A DNA stretch of 46,844 nt from Saprospiraceae bacterium (GCA_020631375.1 JAHDHJ010000003.1:1-46844), one strand, 5' to 3'. Numbered from the stretch's first letter, positions 33,880 to 45,202 are shown. Made by a program: numbers and translations. Notes: generated from the sequence alone by a model not told the origin.

Positions 33880-34902
33880 TTAGAATGTCGGACAAGGTAT
33901 AGGAGGTCCATCAGCTGCCCCAGAAAATCCTTTATAAACAAAGGATAATTCCATGCCACCCTGAGTATTCGAAGCTACTGATAGGGAAGATACATTTAGG
34001 TCGTAACTCAGCCCTAGGGCGATAGGCCCATAATCCATTCTTATCATAGGAATTATCGCATCTTTCAGGCGGTACATTCCGCCAATACTCAAACTGAAAG
34101 GATTATCGCTTCTGGCTTGGCTCATTTTTAATTTGATATACCCTCCAAAATTAAATTCACTGTGGGAGCCTTGTTTCAAGAATACGGCTCTGGGAATAGC
34201 GGATAAATGTCCACCCATTCTGAATTCAGCCCCTCCATAAAATGAATATTTCATTTCCAATAAATCTTCCGAAGAATCATAAAAACTTACATTTGGACGG
34301 TTTAGGTGGGCAAGGCTTCCGCCTAAATAGAAGCTAGTGTTATGGTCAGGAGCATAAGCCCATGCCAGACCTACTGTCAAGTCATAATTCCATAATGAAT
34401 TGCCATTAATATCTTCGCCACTTCCAATTTGATCATTTAAACCCTCTCCGTCAAACTGAGTTTCGAATAATAATTTATCGGGATCTACTTTTTGCTGAAT
34501 GAGTCCGGCTTCGAAGCCAATACTGAGGAAAGTTCCCTCTATTCCTAAATTCTGGCTGTAGCCCATTGATGCAGAAACCTTGGTTCTTCTTAATCCTGCC
34601 GTTCCTGCTTTGTCATTGAAAATCATAAGTCCGACTCCCATTAGATTTTCACCTATTTTCCCACCCAATATATTATAATCTGCTGCGACGGACATTGTTT
34701 GGAAAGGATGGGAGATAGAAGACCACTGTCGGCGGTAATTTGCGGCTACACGTATATCCCCATTCTTCAATCCTACCAAGGCGGGATTCAAGGTAAGTGG
34801 AGAAATATAGAATTGTGAAAAATGAGGGTCTTGTGCTTCTGATCCAGTATTGATTAGGACTAGGAAGAATATTGTTAATATATAAGTAGGTATTGATTTC
34901 AT
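33880..34902 (-). CDS. Type IX secretion system membrane protein PorP/SprF family
   Basis: Signal peptide, then QDPHFSQFYISPLTLNPALVG, the hallmark PorP/SprF N-terminus. The ~340-aa barrel ends in TF. It lies immediately downstream of a type-B CTD cargo gene. Confidence 0.88.
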   Translation of the reverse strand: MKSIPTYILTIFFLVLINTGSEAQDPHFSQFYISPLTLNPALVGLKNGDIRVAANYRRQWSSISHPFQTMSVAADYNILGGKIGENLMGVGLMIFNDKAGTAGLRRTKVSASMGYSQNLGIEGTFLSIGFEAGLIQQKVDPDKLLFETQFDGEGLNDQIGSGEDINGNSLWNYDLTVGLAWAYAPDHNTSFYLGGSLAHLNRPNVSFYDSSEDLLEMKYSFYGGAEFRMGGHLSAIPRAVFLKQGSHSEFNFGGYIKLKMSQARSDNPFSLSIGGMYRLKDAIIPMIRMDYGPIALGLSYDLNVSSLSVASNTQGGMELSFVYKGFSGAADGPPIPCPTF

Positions 34903-35036
34903 GTTATGAGTATTTAAGTAGATGGTTAGATATAGAGTTTTTTAGATAAAACATTGCTTACCATAATCTTATGGTAGTATTACTATTGAATTTTTTTGCT
35001 CTATTACTTATAATTCTAAGAGGGTTGTTGTTATTG

Positions 35037-38000
35037 TTATTTTAATAATGTTACATCGCCTTTTGCTGAAATAATGGAGCCGTCCACAGGACAAATTGCT
35101 TCGACATACCAAACAAAAACATCGGTGTTTACCGGCCTTGATTTGAAAGTGCCGTCCCATCCCTCAGAGGGGTTCGTGGTCTCGAACATCAATTCTCCCC
35201 ATCGGTTATATACTCGGAATAATTGTATTTCAGCTAAACCTAAAACTCTTAATTTATCATTTTTCCCATCTCCATTCGGAGAAAATCCGGTCGGTACGAT
35301 TACAATATTTTCAAGGCAATCATAAAGTGGTTTCAATAAAACAGAGTCCGTAGTTACGCAACCCCATTCATTACTGATTTCGACAATATATAATGTAGTA
35401 CTATCAGGAGAAACACTAGGATTGGCACAATTTGTACAAGAAATATCACGATTCGGACTCCAGTTATAAGTATAAGTTCCATCACCATCCGTCAACGGAG
35501 AAAGGGTGACTGCCGAACCAGGCACGAAACTTTGGGCTTCCGGAAGTAGGACTTCCGGTCCCTCTTGGATGAATACGGTTACATCCGTAGTATTGGAATT
35601 GCAAACATCACTTTCTGCCGTTACTGTAAATGTCGTTGTTTGATGAACAGTGGCAGTAGGATTGGGAACGTCATTTGCATTCAATAAATCGGCATGGTTC
35701 CATTCATAAGATGTAATATTGTCTCCCGTAACGGATAATTGAACAATAGAACCCTCACAGCTTTCAATATCATCGGCGATAAGCTGAACTTTATCATCTA
35801 CTATTACTTCTACAGTATCTGAAAGAATACATAAATCATTCGTCGCCGTAAGGATGTAAGTTGTGTTTGAATTCGGACTAATTTCCGGATTTAGGTTTTC
35901 TGTTTCAAAAACGGAACCATTATTTTTCCAAGTAAAATCCCCTGGAGCATCTCCTTGTAATGTTGTTGTTTGACCATTGCAAATCCTAATGTCTTCCCCA
36001 GCATTTACTTCTTCCGGAGAGATGACAAAAACCGTAATGTCACGGTTGATTACACAAGATTCATACTCGACTTGTACTGTATAGGTTGTGGTCTCATTTG
36101 GGCTTACAATCGGATGCGCACAATCCAAACAACTCAAGTCAGGGTTTCCTTCCCATATCGGATTAGCTCCTCCCAATACTGCCAATTCTATATTATCCCC
36201 TTCACAAATTGTCCTGTCGGGACCCAAAATTTCCAAATCACTACCTACTACATTAATCGTAATGGAGTCAGTACTGATACAATCATAGGAATTGCTTACA
36301 TTGACGGTAAAAGTTGATGTTTCGAATATTTCAACAATAGGATTAGAACAATTTTCATAACAAGTCAAACCGGGAACAGTAGTATCCCATTGGTAATCAA
36401 AAGGGTTTTCTCCTCCTGTTGCAATAATTTGGATTTTGTCTCCGGGGCAAATGTTTTGTTGGGCAGTTAATGTAATAGTTGGGGGAGCAACATTTACTCG
36501 TTCAACGATAATTGAATCTGTAGCGATGCATCCATTTTCAGTTGTCGCAGTTAAGTAGTAGGTAGTAGTTATGGATGGATTGGCAATAGGATTTGGACAA
36601 GCCGTACAGCTTAATCCATTACTTGGTGACCAAGACGGTGTTCCGGAAACAATTCCCTCCAATTCTATTTCTTGTCCTTGGCACAATACATATTCATCAG
36701 TGAAAATTTCTGCTTGTGCGGCTTCATATATATTTATGATTTGACTGCTTTCCGAACGGCATCCTTCATTTGATTCAGCAACGAGAGTAACAGTATATGT
36801 TCCTGTGGAATCGTAATGACTACTTGGGTTCGGAAGATCTGAAATTTCCCCATTTCCAAAATCCCAAAAATAATTTGCAATATTTCCTGAATCGATTGTG
36901 CTATTGTTTTCAAAATGAACTGTAGTAGGTCCGCATCCTACAGATGGATTGGCATTAAATGCCAATGCTGGTGCAGGATGAACCGTAATGAAATTTTCCT
37001 TGATTATCGTTTCCGAACAATGTCCTAAACTGACAGTTAGGGTAACATCAAAACTTCCTGCTTCATCGTATGAAATTCCAGTAGGATTTTCTTGCATAGA
37101 ACTTGCTGGCGTTCCGCCCTCAAAAGTCCATTCTATGGATTGTATATTATGTGAGGCATTAATTGTTGTAGTGAAATCTGTAACCGAACCAGCACAAAAT
37201 TCTTTTTCTGTTGCATCAAATGCTACGGAAAGGCTTTGAGTATAAATGGTATCTAATAAAATGAAATTATCGCAACCCTGGTCATCACTCAATAAGAGTA
37301 CTGGAGTAAATGCTCCGATTTCCGTATAAGTATGTTCGAATGAAAAGTTGTTAGCTGATACATTATTGTCACTTTCGGTAGCTCCGTCTCCAAAATCAAG
37401 CACATAGGAATGGATATTCGTTCCTGTCATATTGAAATCAACAGTAAAATCGGTGCAACCCTCGTTTCCGGGATCATAGGTGATTTCACCTACCGGACCG
37501 CCGATTTGTATATAATTTTCTTTGCAAAGTGTTTCGGTACAACCCGAAGGGGATTCTACAGTTAGACAAATTTCAAAATTTCCACTATTAATAAAAGTAT
37601 GTGTCGGATTTTGGAGAGTGGATAAACCGGAGTTGTCACCAAAGTCCCATGTCCATGAAACGGCGTTTTCTGATAAATTAGAAAATTGTACTACATGTGG
37701 ATTACAAGTAGCTGTAAATTCGTCAGCAGTGAAATCTATACTGATTTCTTCTACACTGATATTGATACAAGACATTCCTGAACAAGCATCGGCATTCGTG
37801 GCAGTAAAGCAAGCTTTGTAAGTCCCACCTGAATTATATGTATGGTTAGGAGACCATTCGGTAGAAGTGTTCCCATCCCCAAAATCCCATTCCCAAGTGA
37901 TGAATTCTGAAGCAATGGAATTATTAGTAAAACTACTGACATCACCCAAACAGATATTTTCATCAACATCGAATGCTACGAAAGGAGCTTCTACATGCAA

Positions 38001-40562
38001 TGGATTGGGACAAACTTTAGTGTGGACACAACCTGAAGCAGTTGTTACGGTTAATGTAGGTTCATAGTTGCCGCCTTGTGGATACATATGTGTCGGATTT
38101 TGCTCAGTGGAGGTTACCCCATCTCCAAAATCCCATTCCCAAGAAATGATTTCAGTAAATTCGGCTACCGAAGTATCATTGAATTGGAAAACTTGCCCAC
38201 AATCAAAATCGATTAATTCGTATGTGAATGATGAGGTGACATTTGAAACAGTAATCGTATCTTCAAATACAAAAACATCTTCACATCCTGCCGCATCTAT
38301 TGCAGTAAGGGTCATGCCTGTATAAATTCCAGGAGAAGTAAACCTTAGGTCGGGATGAATGTCTTCCGCATTTTCTTTGATGACAAATACTCCCGGAGCG
38401 TACCAAATGAAATCTACCGCATCTGTAGAAGTATTCGTTATGGAAACGATAGCTTCATTTCCCGACATACAAACCTCCATTGGGTCAACAGTAAAACTAG
38501 CCATTGGATGTTGTATGATAAGGCCGGAACCTAAATCATCGGTACAACCAGATTCCTCATTATAGACTTCTAGGTTTACGGCATATTGCCCTGGTTCGGA
38601 GTAAAAATGTGTTGGATGTTGTTCTGTGGAAGTTCCTCCATCTCCAAATGTCCAAAACCAAGAATCAGCACCAATGGAGGAATCCGTAAATGTGATCATG
38701 CCAGGGTCAGAGCATTCCTGTTCAAAGGTGAATACTGCTTTTGGCGGGAATAAGTGCATGTAATCCTCAAAGACCAAGGTGTCATAACAGCTATTGTAAC
38801 CTACGGTTAATGTTACATCAAACCATCCTGTGTCATTGTATTCGTGAAGTGGATGTTGTTGGTCGGAAGCACTCCCGTCGCCGAAATCCCACCACCAGAA
38901 ATCTATGTTTTCATCATCGGATAAATCAGTGAACCCTATTAGGTTTTCTATACAGGTTTCTCGAGGGTCTCCCTCAAAATCGGCATTGGGAATATATCCC
39001 GCTTGGATATAATTCGTCCAAGAAGTGATTCCTGTACAACCATTGTCAAGCATAACGGAAAGGGACACATCATAGGAACCATGTTCCACGTAAGTGTGGG
39101 AAGGGTTTTGTTCTGTGGATGTCGTTCCGTCTCCCAAATCCCAAAGCCATTCTACGATGTTTCCATCAATACTTGAAATGTCCTCAAAATTGACATCCAA
39201 TGGAGCACAACCTTCTAAAATATCTGCAGAGAGGGTAGGTTGTGGAGGATGTATTTCAATTATTGTCGTGGCAATGGAATATTCGCAACCGCTAGGTAGC
39301 GTAGCTGTTAATGTAATTGGGTAAGAACCGAATTCATCGAATGTAAAAGTCGGGTTCTGTTCTGTAGCATCGCCTAATCCGCCGAAATCCCAAAGGATGT
39401 CTCCTGTATAATCTGTCGAGAAATCCACAGTCAAAGGAGGTTGGCAAGAAGAAGATTGCGAAGCAGTATATGAAAGTGCGACTTCTTCCAGTATTTCTAT
39501 ACATTCCGTAGATTCATAACTTACTACACAGCCTGAGGTTGTTGTAACTGTGAGGCTTGGAGTATGGCAGCCAATGGTACTGTAAACATGTACAGGGCTT
39601 TGGAGGTTAGAAGTCGTCCCATCTCCGAAATCCCAAGCATAAATAACGACATCTCCGATGGTTTCGTCAGTAAATGTGACTGTTTTTTCGTTGCAACTGC
39701 CACTATTATCTTCTATGAAAGAGAACATAGCTTCTCCACCGATATTGATAAAGTTAGAAATAGTTGTAGTATTGCTACATCCTGTTTGGGGATTTGTTAT
39801 GGTTAGTGATACATCATTGTTCCCTGTTGTATTATATGTATATGTAGGGTTTTCATTTGTGGATGTTGTTCCATCTCCGAAATCCCATAGATATGTGGCT
39901 CCGTTTGGGATTCCTATGGTGGTGTTTGTAAAATTTACTGTTAAAGGTGCTTCGCAACTGCTTGTTGCATCAGCAGAGAATTGTGGTGTTATATCTGAAT
40001 CTACTGTAATTAAATCATCTAAGAAAATGAAAGTGGTACATCCGTCTGCATTGGTAGCTGTTAAATTGACATCATAAATGGAAGCGGTTAAATAGCTGTG
40101 TGATATTGTCGTTTCTGTACTGTTCATGAAACTGCCATCTCCAAAATCCCAAACTAAATCCACTATGTCCGTATCTGGAGAGACGATGTTGAAAACGACA
40201 TCCAAAGGAGGACAGCCACTTGTCACATCCGTAGTAAATGATATATTTGGTCCTGTGTTTACCTCTACAGTTATGCAGTGGGTATCGGAATTGCTAGCAT
40301 TGCTGGCGGTGAGGCAGATTTCATATGCTCCTGCCGAGGTGAAAACCCGCTCTGGATTTTCTTCAGTAGAGAAGAAAGTTCCATTTACTGTCCAACTATA
40401 TTCGGTAGCTCCTGTGGAATTATTAGAAAAAGGAATAGATACAGGAACACAAATAGGATCGGCGACCATTGGGTCGAAGTCTGCCGTTACTGTTTGGCTC
40501 ATTGCCAAGTATGGCATGAAAATGATAAGGACAATAATATAAAGTGAATTCATATGAAACAT
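35037..40562 (-). CDS. Giant cell-surface adhesin: ~13 PKD domains, ~6 Cys-containing Ig-like repeats and a T9SS type-B (gliding motility-associated) C-terminal sorting domain
   Basis: 1841 aa with a signal peptide. Recurrent W[DT]FGDG..S...NP.H.Y PKD signatures. C-terminus VPTGFSPNGDGKNDKLRV...FRVYNRWGELMFE...GWDGTF matches the type-B CTD. Confidence 0.9.
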   Translation of the reverse strand: MFHMNSLYIIVLIIFMPYLAMSQTVTADFDPMVADPICVPVSIPFSNNSTGATEYSWTVNGTFFSTEENPERVFTSAGAYEICLTASNASNSDTHCITVEVNTGPNISFTTDVTSGCPPLDVVFNIVSPDTDIVDLVWDFGDGSFMNSTETTISHSYLTASIYDVNLTATNADGCTTFIFLDDLITVDSDITPQFSADATSSCEAPLTVNFTNTTIGIPNGATYLWDFGDGTTSTNENPTYTYNTTGNNDVSLTITNPQTGCSNTTTISNFINIGGEAMFSFIEDNSGSCNEKTVTFTDETIGDVVIYAWDFGDGTTSNLQSPVHVYSTIGCHTPSLTVTTTSGCVVSYESTECIEILEEVALSYTASQSSSCQPPLTVDFSTDYTGDILWDFGGLGDATEQNPTFTFDEFGSYPITLTATLPSGCEYSIATTIIEIHPPQPTLSADILEGCAPLDVNFEDISSIDGNIVEWLWDLGDGTTSTEQNPSHTYVEHGSYDVSLSVMLDNGCTGITSWTNYIQAGYIPNADFEGDPRETCIENLIGFTDLSDDENIDFWWWDFGDGSASDQQHPLHEYNDTGWFDVTLTVGYNSCYDTLVFEDYMHLFPPKAVFTFEQECSDPGMITFTDSSIGADSWFWTFGDGGTSTEQHPTHFYSEPGQYAVNLEVYNEESGCTDDLGSGLIIQHPMASFTVDPMEVCMSGNEAIVSITNTSTDAVDFIWYAPGVFVIKENAEDIHPDLRFTSPGIYTGMTLTAIDAAGCEDVFVFEDTITVSNVTSSFTYELIDFDCGQVFQFNDTSVAEFTEIISWEWDFGDGVTSTEQNPTHMYPQGGNYEPTLTVTTASGCVHTKVCPNPLHVEAPFVAFDVDENICLGDVSSFTNNSIASEFITWEWDFGDGNTSTEWSPNHTYNSGGTYKACFTATNADACSGMSCINISVEEISIDFTADEFTATCNPHVVQFSNLSENAVSWTWDFGDNSGLSTLQNPTHTFINSGNFEICLTVESPSGCTETLCKENYIQIGGPVGEITYDPGNEGCTDFTVDFNMTGTNIHSYVLDFGDGATESDNNVSANNFSFEHTYTEIGAFTPVLLLSDDQGCDNFILLDTIYTQSLSVAFDATEKEFCAGSVTDFTTTINASHNIQSIEWTFEGGTPASSMQENPTGISYDEAGSFDVTLTVSLGHCSETIIKENFITVHPAPALAFNANPSVGCGPTTVHFENNSTIDSGNIANYFWDFGNGEISDLPNPSSHYDSTGTYTVTLVAESNEGCRSESSQIINIYEAAQAEIFTDEYVLCQGQEIELEGIVSGTPSWSPSNGLSCTACPNPIANPSITTTYYLTATTENGCIATDSIIVERVNVAPPTITLTAQQNICPGDKIQIIATGGENPFDYQWDTTVPGLTCYENCSNPIVEIFETSTFTVNVSNSYDCISTDSITINVVGSDLEILGPDRTICEGDNIELAVLGGANPIWEGNPDLSCLDCAHPIVSPNETTTYTVQVEYESCVINRDITVFVISPEEVNAGEDIRICNGQTTTLQGDAPGDFTWKNNGSVFETENLNPEISPNSNTTYILTATNDLCILSDTVEVIVDDKVQLIADDIESCEGSIVQLSVTGDNITSYEWNHADLLNANDVPNPTATVHQTTTFTVTAESDVCNSNTTDVTVFIQEGPEVLLPEAQSFVPGSAVTLSPLTDGDGTYTYNWSPNRDISCTNCANPSVSPDSTTLYIVEISNEWGCVTTDSVLLKPLYDCLENIVIVPTGFSPNGDGKNDKLRVLGLAEIQLFRVYNRWGELMFETTNPSEGWDGTFKSRPVNTDVFVWYVEAICPVDGSIISAKGDVTLLK

Positions 40563-40971
40563 AACTAAGAGGGTATTGCTTATCTTTTTGTTTTAAGTAG
40601 TAGTGTCATTATTTTTGATTGATTACTTAGCGATATAAAAACAAGAAACGATTTTGTTTACCTTGATCTTGATTCAATATTCGTCCTAAAGGGGGAGGGT
40701 TTCTTTTTTCAATTTTCAATTTTTGTGACTGAGTAAGTTGTTGTGTTGTTATGATTTTATGATTAATGATTATGGTTTGTAGTGTAATTGTGACAGTGGT
40801 GTGTTCGTTTGTTCTTGGATGGTTTTTGTTAATTAATGGCAACTGTATTTGTGATTGTTTTGGAAATATTTCTCTCCATTTGTTTTTTCACTTTCCCCTA
40901 ACATACATTTATACAATCTGATCGTTAGAAACTACGTTATCTTTAGGTTAGATTTACAATTGCGGTTAAAA

Positions 40972-41940
40972 ATGAAAACAAGAGAAAGTATGAAAAACTT
41001 TTCCATTGCCATACTGATATTGATGAATGTCTCCCTTGTCGCCCAGGTACAAGAATCCATTGCCAACGAGAGGAATGAAGAAGCCATTGTGGAAATAAAT
41101 GAGGACTCCCTAAAGGCATTGGCATTGGTTATGATGAGGAATCAGGATGTTGATTTGAGATTAGAGGCATCAGAAAAGTTTATAGATGGATTGCTTGGGT
41201 TGTTGGAAGAAGAGGGGTCTTTTGGGAATAGCTACGATTCGCTTTTTAATGTATCCAAAATATATCCGCAGGATAGTACTTTCAGAATCATGACTTGGCA
41301 ATTGTATGTGGATGTGGACGAGTATAAATATTTTGGAATCATCCAGACCAAGGGGAATAAAAAACAAGATCCTAAAGTTTTTAGATTAGAAGATTATTCG
41401 GCTCGGATGAGAAGTCCTGACCATATTACTTTGAATAAGGATAATTGGTATGGGGCATTATACTATAATATGAAAGAATTCAAATCGAAAGGGGGGAAGA
41501 AATATTTGCTCTTCGGTTTTGATGCCTATAAGTTTTTTGAGAAAAGGAAATTGCTTGAGGTCTTGAGTTTTGATAAAGATGGAGAACCTGTATTTGGGGC
41601 TCCGGTTATTGAGCATACGAAAAAAAGGAACAATGTTCCTCCGGAGACAATAACTTACCATAGGTTCATTTTGCAATATTCTTCCAAGACATCCATAAAT
41701 CTAAATTTCAATGATTTGGAAGATAAAGTCCTTTTCGATCACTTGATTTCTATGGGTTCGGGTATTCCTGATATTCCTTATGTCATGATTCCGGATGGAA
41801 GTTATGAGGGGTTCGAATTGAGAAAAGGTATGTGGGTACATGTGGAAAAGGTTTTTGACCATATGTATGAACAAGGGGAATTCCCACGTCCCATGCCTGT
41901 ATTGGATGATAGGAAAGGAAAGAGTATTATTGATAAATAG
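40972..41940 (+). CDS. Hypothetical secreted protein
   Basis: Signal peptide MKTRESMKNFSIAILILMNVSLVAQ begins at the internal Met. The upstream 39 codons of the ORF-track call look non-coding. Confidence 0.6.
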   Translation: MKTRESMKNFSIAILILMNVSLVAQVQESIANERNEEAIVEINEDSLKALALVMMRNQDVDLRLEASEKFIDGLLGLLEEEGSFGNSYDSLFNVSKIYPQDSTFRIMTWQLYVDVDEYKYFGIIQTKGNKKQDPKVFRLEDYSARMRSPDHITLNKDNWYGALYYNMKEFKSKGGKKYLLFGFDAYKFFEKRKLLEVLSFDKDGEPVFGAPVIEHTKKRNNVPPETITYHRFILQYSSKTSINLNFNDLEDKVLFDHLISMGSGIPDIPYVMIPDGSYEGFELRKGMWVHVEKVFDHMYEQGEFPRPMPVLDDRKGKSIIDK

Positions 41941-42092
41941 GTTTTCAAGTTTCCTTTGGAAACCTTAAAAGCCCATAGGTTTATAGATCATAGTTCTTAA
42001 GTGGGTGTAATATTTAGGGGGAATAAATTGCACTGTTGTATTTTTTGATGTGATTGAGAATCAATTTTTATCTCGAAATCTAAACATCTATC

Positions 42093-44576
42093 TTACAATG
42101 GAATTTCAACTCCTACAACTACTTTGAACCTTGCCTTATTCATATTGGATCTCATTTGGGTTACGAAATCCACTCTGACCAATCTGAAAACACCCCAACC
42201 TATTTTATCTATCCCTAGGAATAATTCATTAAATAACTTGGTGTTTTCGCTATAAAGGACATTTGTTCCTGCTACCAAGCCCCATTGGAGTTTTCTGATG
42301 CCCGGAATTTTACCTAAGATCACACCATCGAAATGATGTTCCCATTGCAATTTTGCATAAGGCTGTGTTGTACTGTTTTCATAAAAATCCAAGGTTCTGA
42401 ATTGGTCCAAATACCTGAGCATGAAATTGACGACAGAGGTATTTCCATTGAAATGATGAAAATCCGAAAAAGGAACCTCCTTTTTAGATAAAAACATTCC
42501 TCCCTCCAAATTGTAGCGGGAAGTACCCGCCATTCCTAATTTTATATAATCCTTTAGTGCTATGGAGACAAAATCAAAATCCGTATCTCCTCCGGCAATA
42601 GGCAAACCCCTTCTATAAGATATATAAATGGTAGGAATATCAGAACCCAAAATAAATTTCCTATTAGGATAACTAAGGAATTTCTGCCTAAACCTGATGC
42701 GTAAATCCAGCCCGATTGTTAATGCCTGATGTGTTTCAAAAGGGGCATCCTCATAGTTTCTGAAATCTGTGGGATTATTAGAGAAATAAAGATCCTCTTT
42801 GAAAAAATAACTGTGATTCGTCGTATTGAACAAGGGTTTCCTATGTGAATATTCAATGAATCCATCAAGGAAAAGCCCATTGATTAATTCTGATTTGGCC
42901 CTTATTTTCGTGTAATATTTGTCATAATATTTAGTGTTGTTCTTTTTGAACAAGAGGGAAGCGAATGTATTCTGAACGGCAGTAATATCTTCTTCCTCAT
43001 TGAACTGTACAGCCATCCGTCCGCCTTCTATGGAGAAGTTGGTATATTTGGTTTTATTTAGATTGTACTCCAAGCCTAATTTTCCCCGTGTCTGTTTGTC
43101 CGAAAAACCATAAATGACTTTACTTTCAAGATTGAGGTAACGGTAGCCATTCTTGTCGAATTGCTTCCCGAATGTCCCCCCGAGATTAGTGAAATATCCT
43201 TGGATTGCGTTAAAACTCAGTGCGGCTATTGGTGAGTCAACAGTCAGATTCCATTTTTTATATGAACGGTTATAGGTATAACCCGTAATGGCATTCATGA
43301 ATTTGAATTTATTACTAATCCTGTCCATGGAGTCCAAAAATTCCTTGGAAACCCAAACTTTCTGCAAGCTGTCTTTTTTTACATAATCCTTTACCTCTTC
43401 CACCGTCAAAGGAATAGGGCGCACCGCTTCCCAATAACTGGAATCTTTTGTGTTCGCTTCTTTGTCCACCTTAAGGATTTCATTGGTAAAAAACTTACTT
43501 CCTAAGTTAGGTTCGATATCATAGGAACTATAGACTCCAGTAAAATCGCCCTTGATTTTGATTCCGAATAATTTCAATTTAAAATTAACGGCTCTGGACA
43601 CAGGCAGCCAAACATCGGGTTCTTTTACAGGAATATATACTTGCCTTAGGAACATCGTGTCCAGAATCGGTTGCCCGAAAGCCTCTCCGTTCGTTTGCAT
43701 ATCCAAACTGTGGATATTCCATAAATCCTCTATTATATATATGTGTCCCTCTAAGGATGGGTCAGTGTCCCGCTTCCGTATGACCTTGATTTTATTTATC
43801 AATCTACCCGCGTCATCTACGAACGCTCCCTCCAATTTATATTTATAATAGGCAAAAGCATTATTGGCAATGGGAGAAACGATTTTCCTACCCAATTCAT
43901 CATAGGTATTCTTATAAAAATTGAAATCCATGACATTGGCTTGATTAAAACTAAAACCATTGTCGTCACCACTTACTTTGGAAGAAATCATTTCTTCATT
44001 GAACTGGTCCGGAGCTCTATAATACAATTTGGAAACACTCTCGGATAAATAAACGATGCCTTGCCCGGTCGTATCCAAAATCCCGCCCAAATCCCCTATG
44101 TCAATTCCCATGAATTTCTTAGGAACATCCGCCACTTTTTGGTTGCCCTTAATATAAACATCACAACTGTATTCCTCAACCTGATTCAGATAATAATCCC
44201 TTTTCGCAATTGCCTTACGGATAATGGCATAGGCAGGATCTTCTCCATCCGCAGTTACCACGATTTCTTGTAATCCTACAGATTGTTCAGACAATACGAC
44301 ATCTAATACGATAGGTTGATCCTTAAATTCTATTTTCTTGACTAATTGTTCATAACCAACATATTGGAAAATGACTTCATAGCTTCCCGGTTCGGCATCC
44401 AATTCATAATATCCCTCAACATTGGAAGTTGTACCCAAAGAAGAATTTTTAATGTAAATGGTAGCAAAAGACAATACCTCCCCTCTTTCATCAGTGATTT
44501 GTCCCGATAATTGTGCCTTTAGGGCAGTAGAAAAAAAGAATAAGGATAGAAGAACAATAAAGAATTTAGATTCCAT
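42093..44576 (-). CDS. DUF5686-type outer-membrane protein with N-terminal CarboxypepD_reg-like domain
   Basis: Signal peptide. GQITDERGEVLSFATIYIKNSSLGTTSNVEGYYELDAEPGSYEVIFQYVGY is a carboxypeptidase-regulatory-like fold. The ~700-aa beta-rich remainder and 827-aa size are typical of this Bacteroidota family. Confidence 0.75.
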   Translation of the reverse strand: MESKFFIVLLSLFFFSTALKAQLSGQITDERGEVLSFATIYIKNSSLGTTSNVEGYYELDAEPGSYEVIFQYVGYEQLVKKIEFKDQPIVLDVVLSEQSVGLQEIVVTADGEDPAYAIIRKAIAKRDYYLNQVEEYSCDVYIKGNQKVADVPKKFMGIDIGDLGGILDTTGQGIVYLSESVSKLYYRAPDQFNEEMISSKVSGDDNGFSFNQANVMDFNFYKNTYDELGRKIVSPIANNAFAYYKYKLEGAFVDDAGRLINKIKVIRKRDTDPSLEGHIYIIEDLWNIHSLDMQTNGEAFGQPILDTMFLRQVYIPVKEPDVWLPVSRAVNFKLKLFGIKIKGDFTGVYSSYDIEPNLGSKFFTNEILKVDKEANTKDSSYWEAVRPIPLTVEEVKDYVKKDSLQKVWVSKEFLDSMDRISNKFKFMNAITGYTYNRSYKKWNLTVDSPIAALSFNAIQGYFTNLGGTFGKQFDKNGYRYLNLESKVIYGFSDKQTRGKLGLEYNLNKTKYTNFSIEGGRMAVQFNEEEDITAVQNTFASLLFKKNNTKYYDKYYTKIRAKSELINGLFLDGFIEYSHRKPLFNTTNHSYFFKEDLYFSNNPTDFRNYEDAPFETHQALTIGLDLRIRFRQKFLSYPNRKFILGSDIPTIYISYRRGLPIAGGDTDFDFVSIALKDYIKLGMAGTSRYNLEGGMFLSKKEVPFSDFHHFNGNTSVVNFMLRYLDQFRTLDFYENSTTQPYAKLQWEHHFDGVILGKIPGIRKLQWGLVAGTNVLYSENTKLFNELFLGIDKIGWGVFRLVRVDFVTQMRSNMNKARFKVVVGVEIPL

Positions 44577-44764
44577 TAGGATTATGGTATTTTTGCCCAG
44601 CTAAGCAGGGTAGGGATTTAAAGATATTCAGAGTCAGGGATAAAATATGAATATCTCATTTTTATTGAAAAGATAATTGTTATCCGACTACCTATTTTTA
44701 TCACAATAATAACGGTAATTGTTTACTAAATGCAAATTGCCCTTAGGATATTTAACATCAAATT

Positions 44765-45202
44765 ATGAGTATTTGGAAACAGGATTTTTCCTTGGAAGAT
44801 ATTAATAACTCAGATATCAAGACTTTGGTACATCATATTGGGATTGAGTTCATAGAAATAGGAGATGATTATCTCAAGGCTAAAATGCCGGTTGATTACA
44901 GGACGGTACAGCCTTTTGGATTGCTTCACGGTGGTGCTTCTGCTGTTCTGGCAGAAACTTTGGGAAGTGTTGCTTCGAATATGTGTTTGGAGGATGTTAG
45001 GGGAAATGCGGCTGTAGGAGTGGAAATAAATGCGAATCATTTAAGGCCTGCAAGGTCGGGGTTTGTTTATGGAACGGCCTATCCGATTAAGTTAGGAAAC
45101 AAAATACATGTTTGGAGAATCACCATTAATGATGAAAAAGAACGGCAAATATGTGAAAGCCGCCTTACAACCGCCATCATTGACATTAAAAAGACAAAAT
45201 GA
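44765..45202 (+). CDS. Hotdog-fold acyl-CoA thioesterase (PaaI/YdiI/DHNA-CoA thioesterase family)
   Basis: 145 aa. GLLHGGASAVLAETLGS and the overall length fit the PaaI-type hotdog thioesterases. Confidence 0.8.
   Translation: MSIWKQDFSLEDINNSDIKTLVHHIGIEFIEIGDDYLKAKMPVDYRTVQPFGLLHGGASAVLAETLGSVASNMCLEDVRGNAAVGVEINANHLRPARSGFVYGTAYPIKLGNKIHVWRITINDEKERQICESRLTTAIIDIKKTK

Noticed and set aside
35074-40547. Many plus-strand ORFs (up to 139 aa) across the adhesin locus, several sharing SPKS[HQ]-type peptides
   Set aside because: They are antisense to the 1841-aa gene. The recurring PSPKSH peptide is simply the reverse-complement reading of the repeated WDFGDG PKD motif. The minus-strand ORF is uninterrupted and domain-rich.
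40855-40971. 39-codon N-terminal extension of the ORF-track call 40855-41940
   Set aside because: The extension (MFWKYFSPFVFSLSPNIHLYNLIV...) precedes a textbook signal peptide that starts at the Met at 40972. It lies in the AT-rich promoter region.
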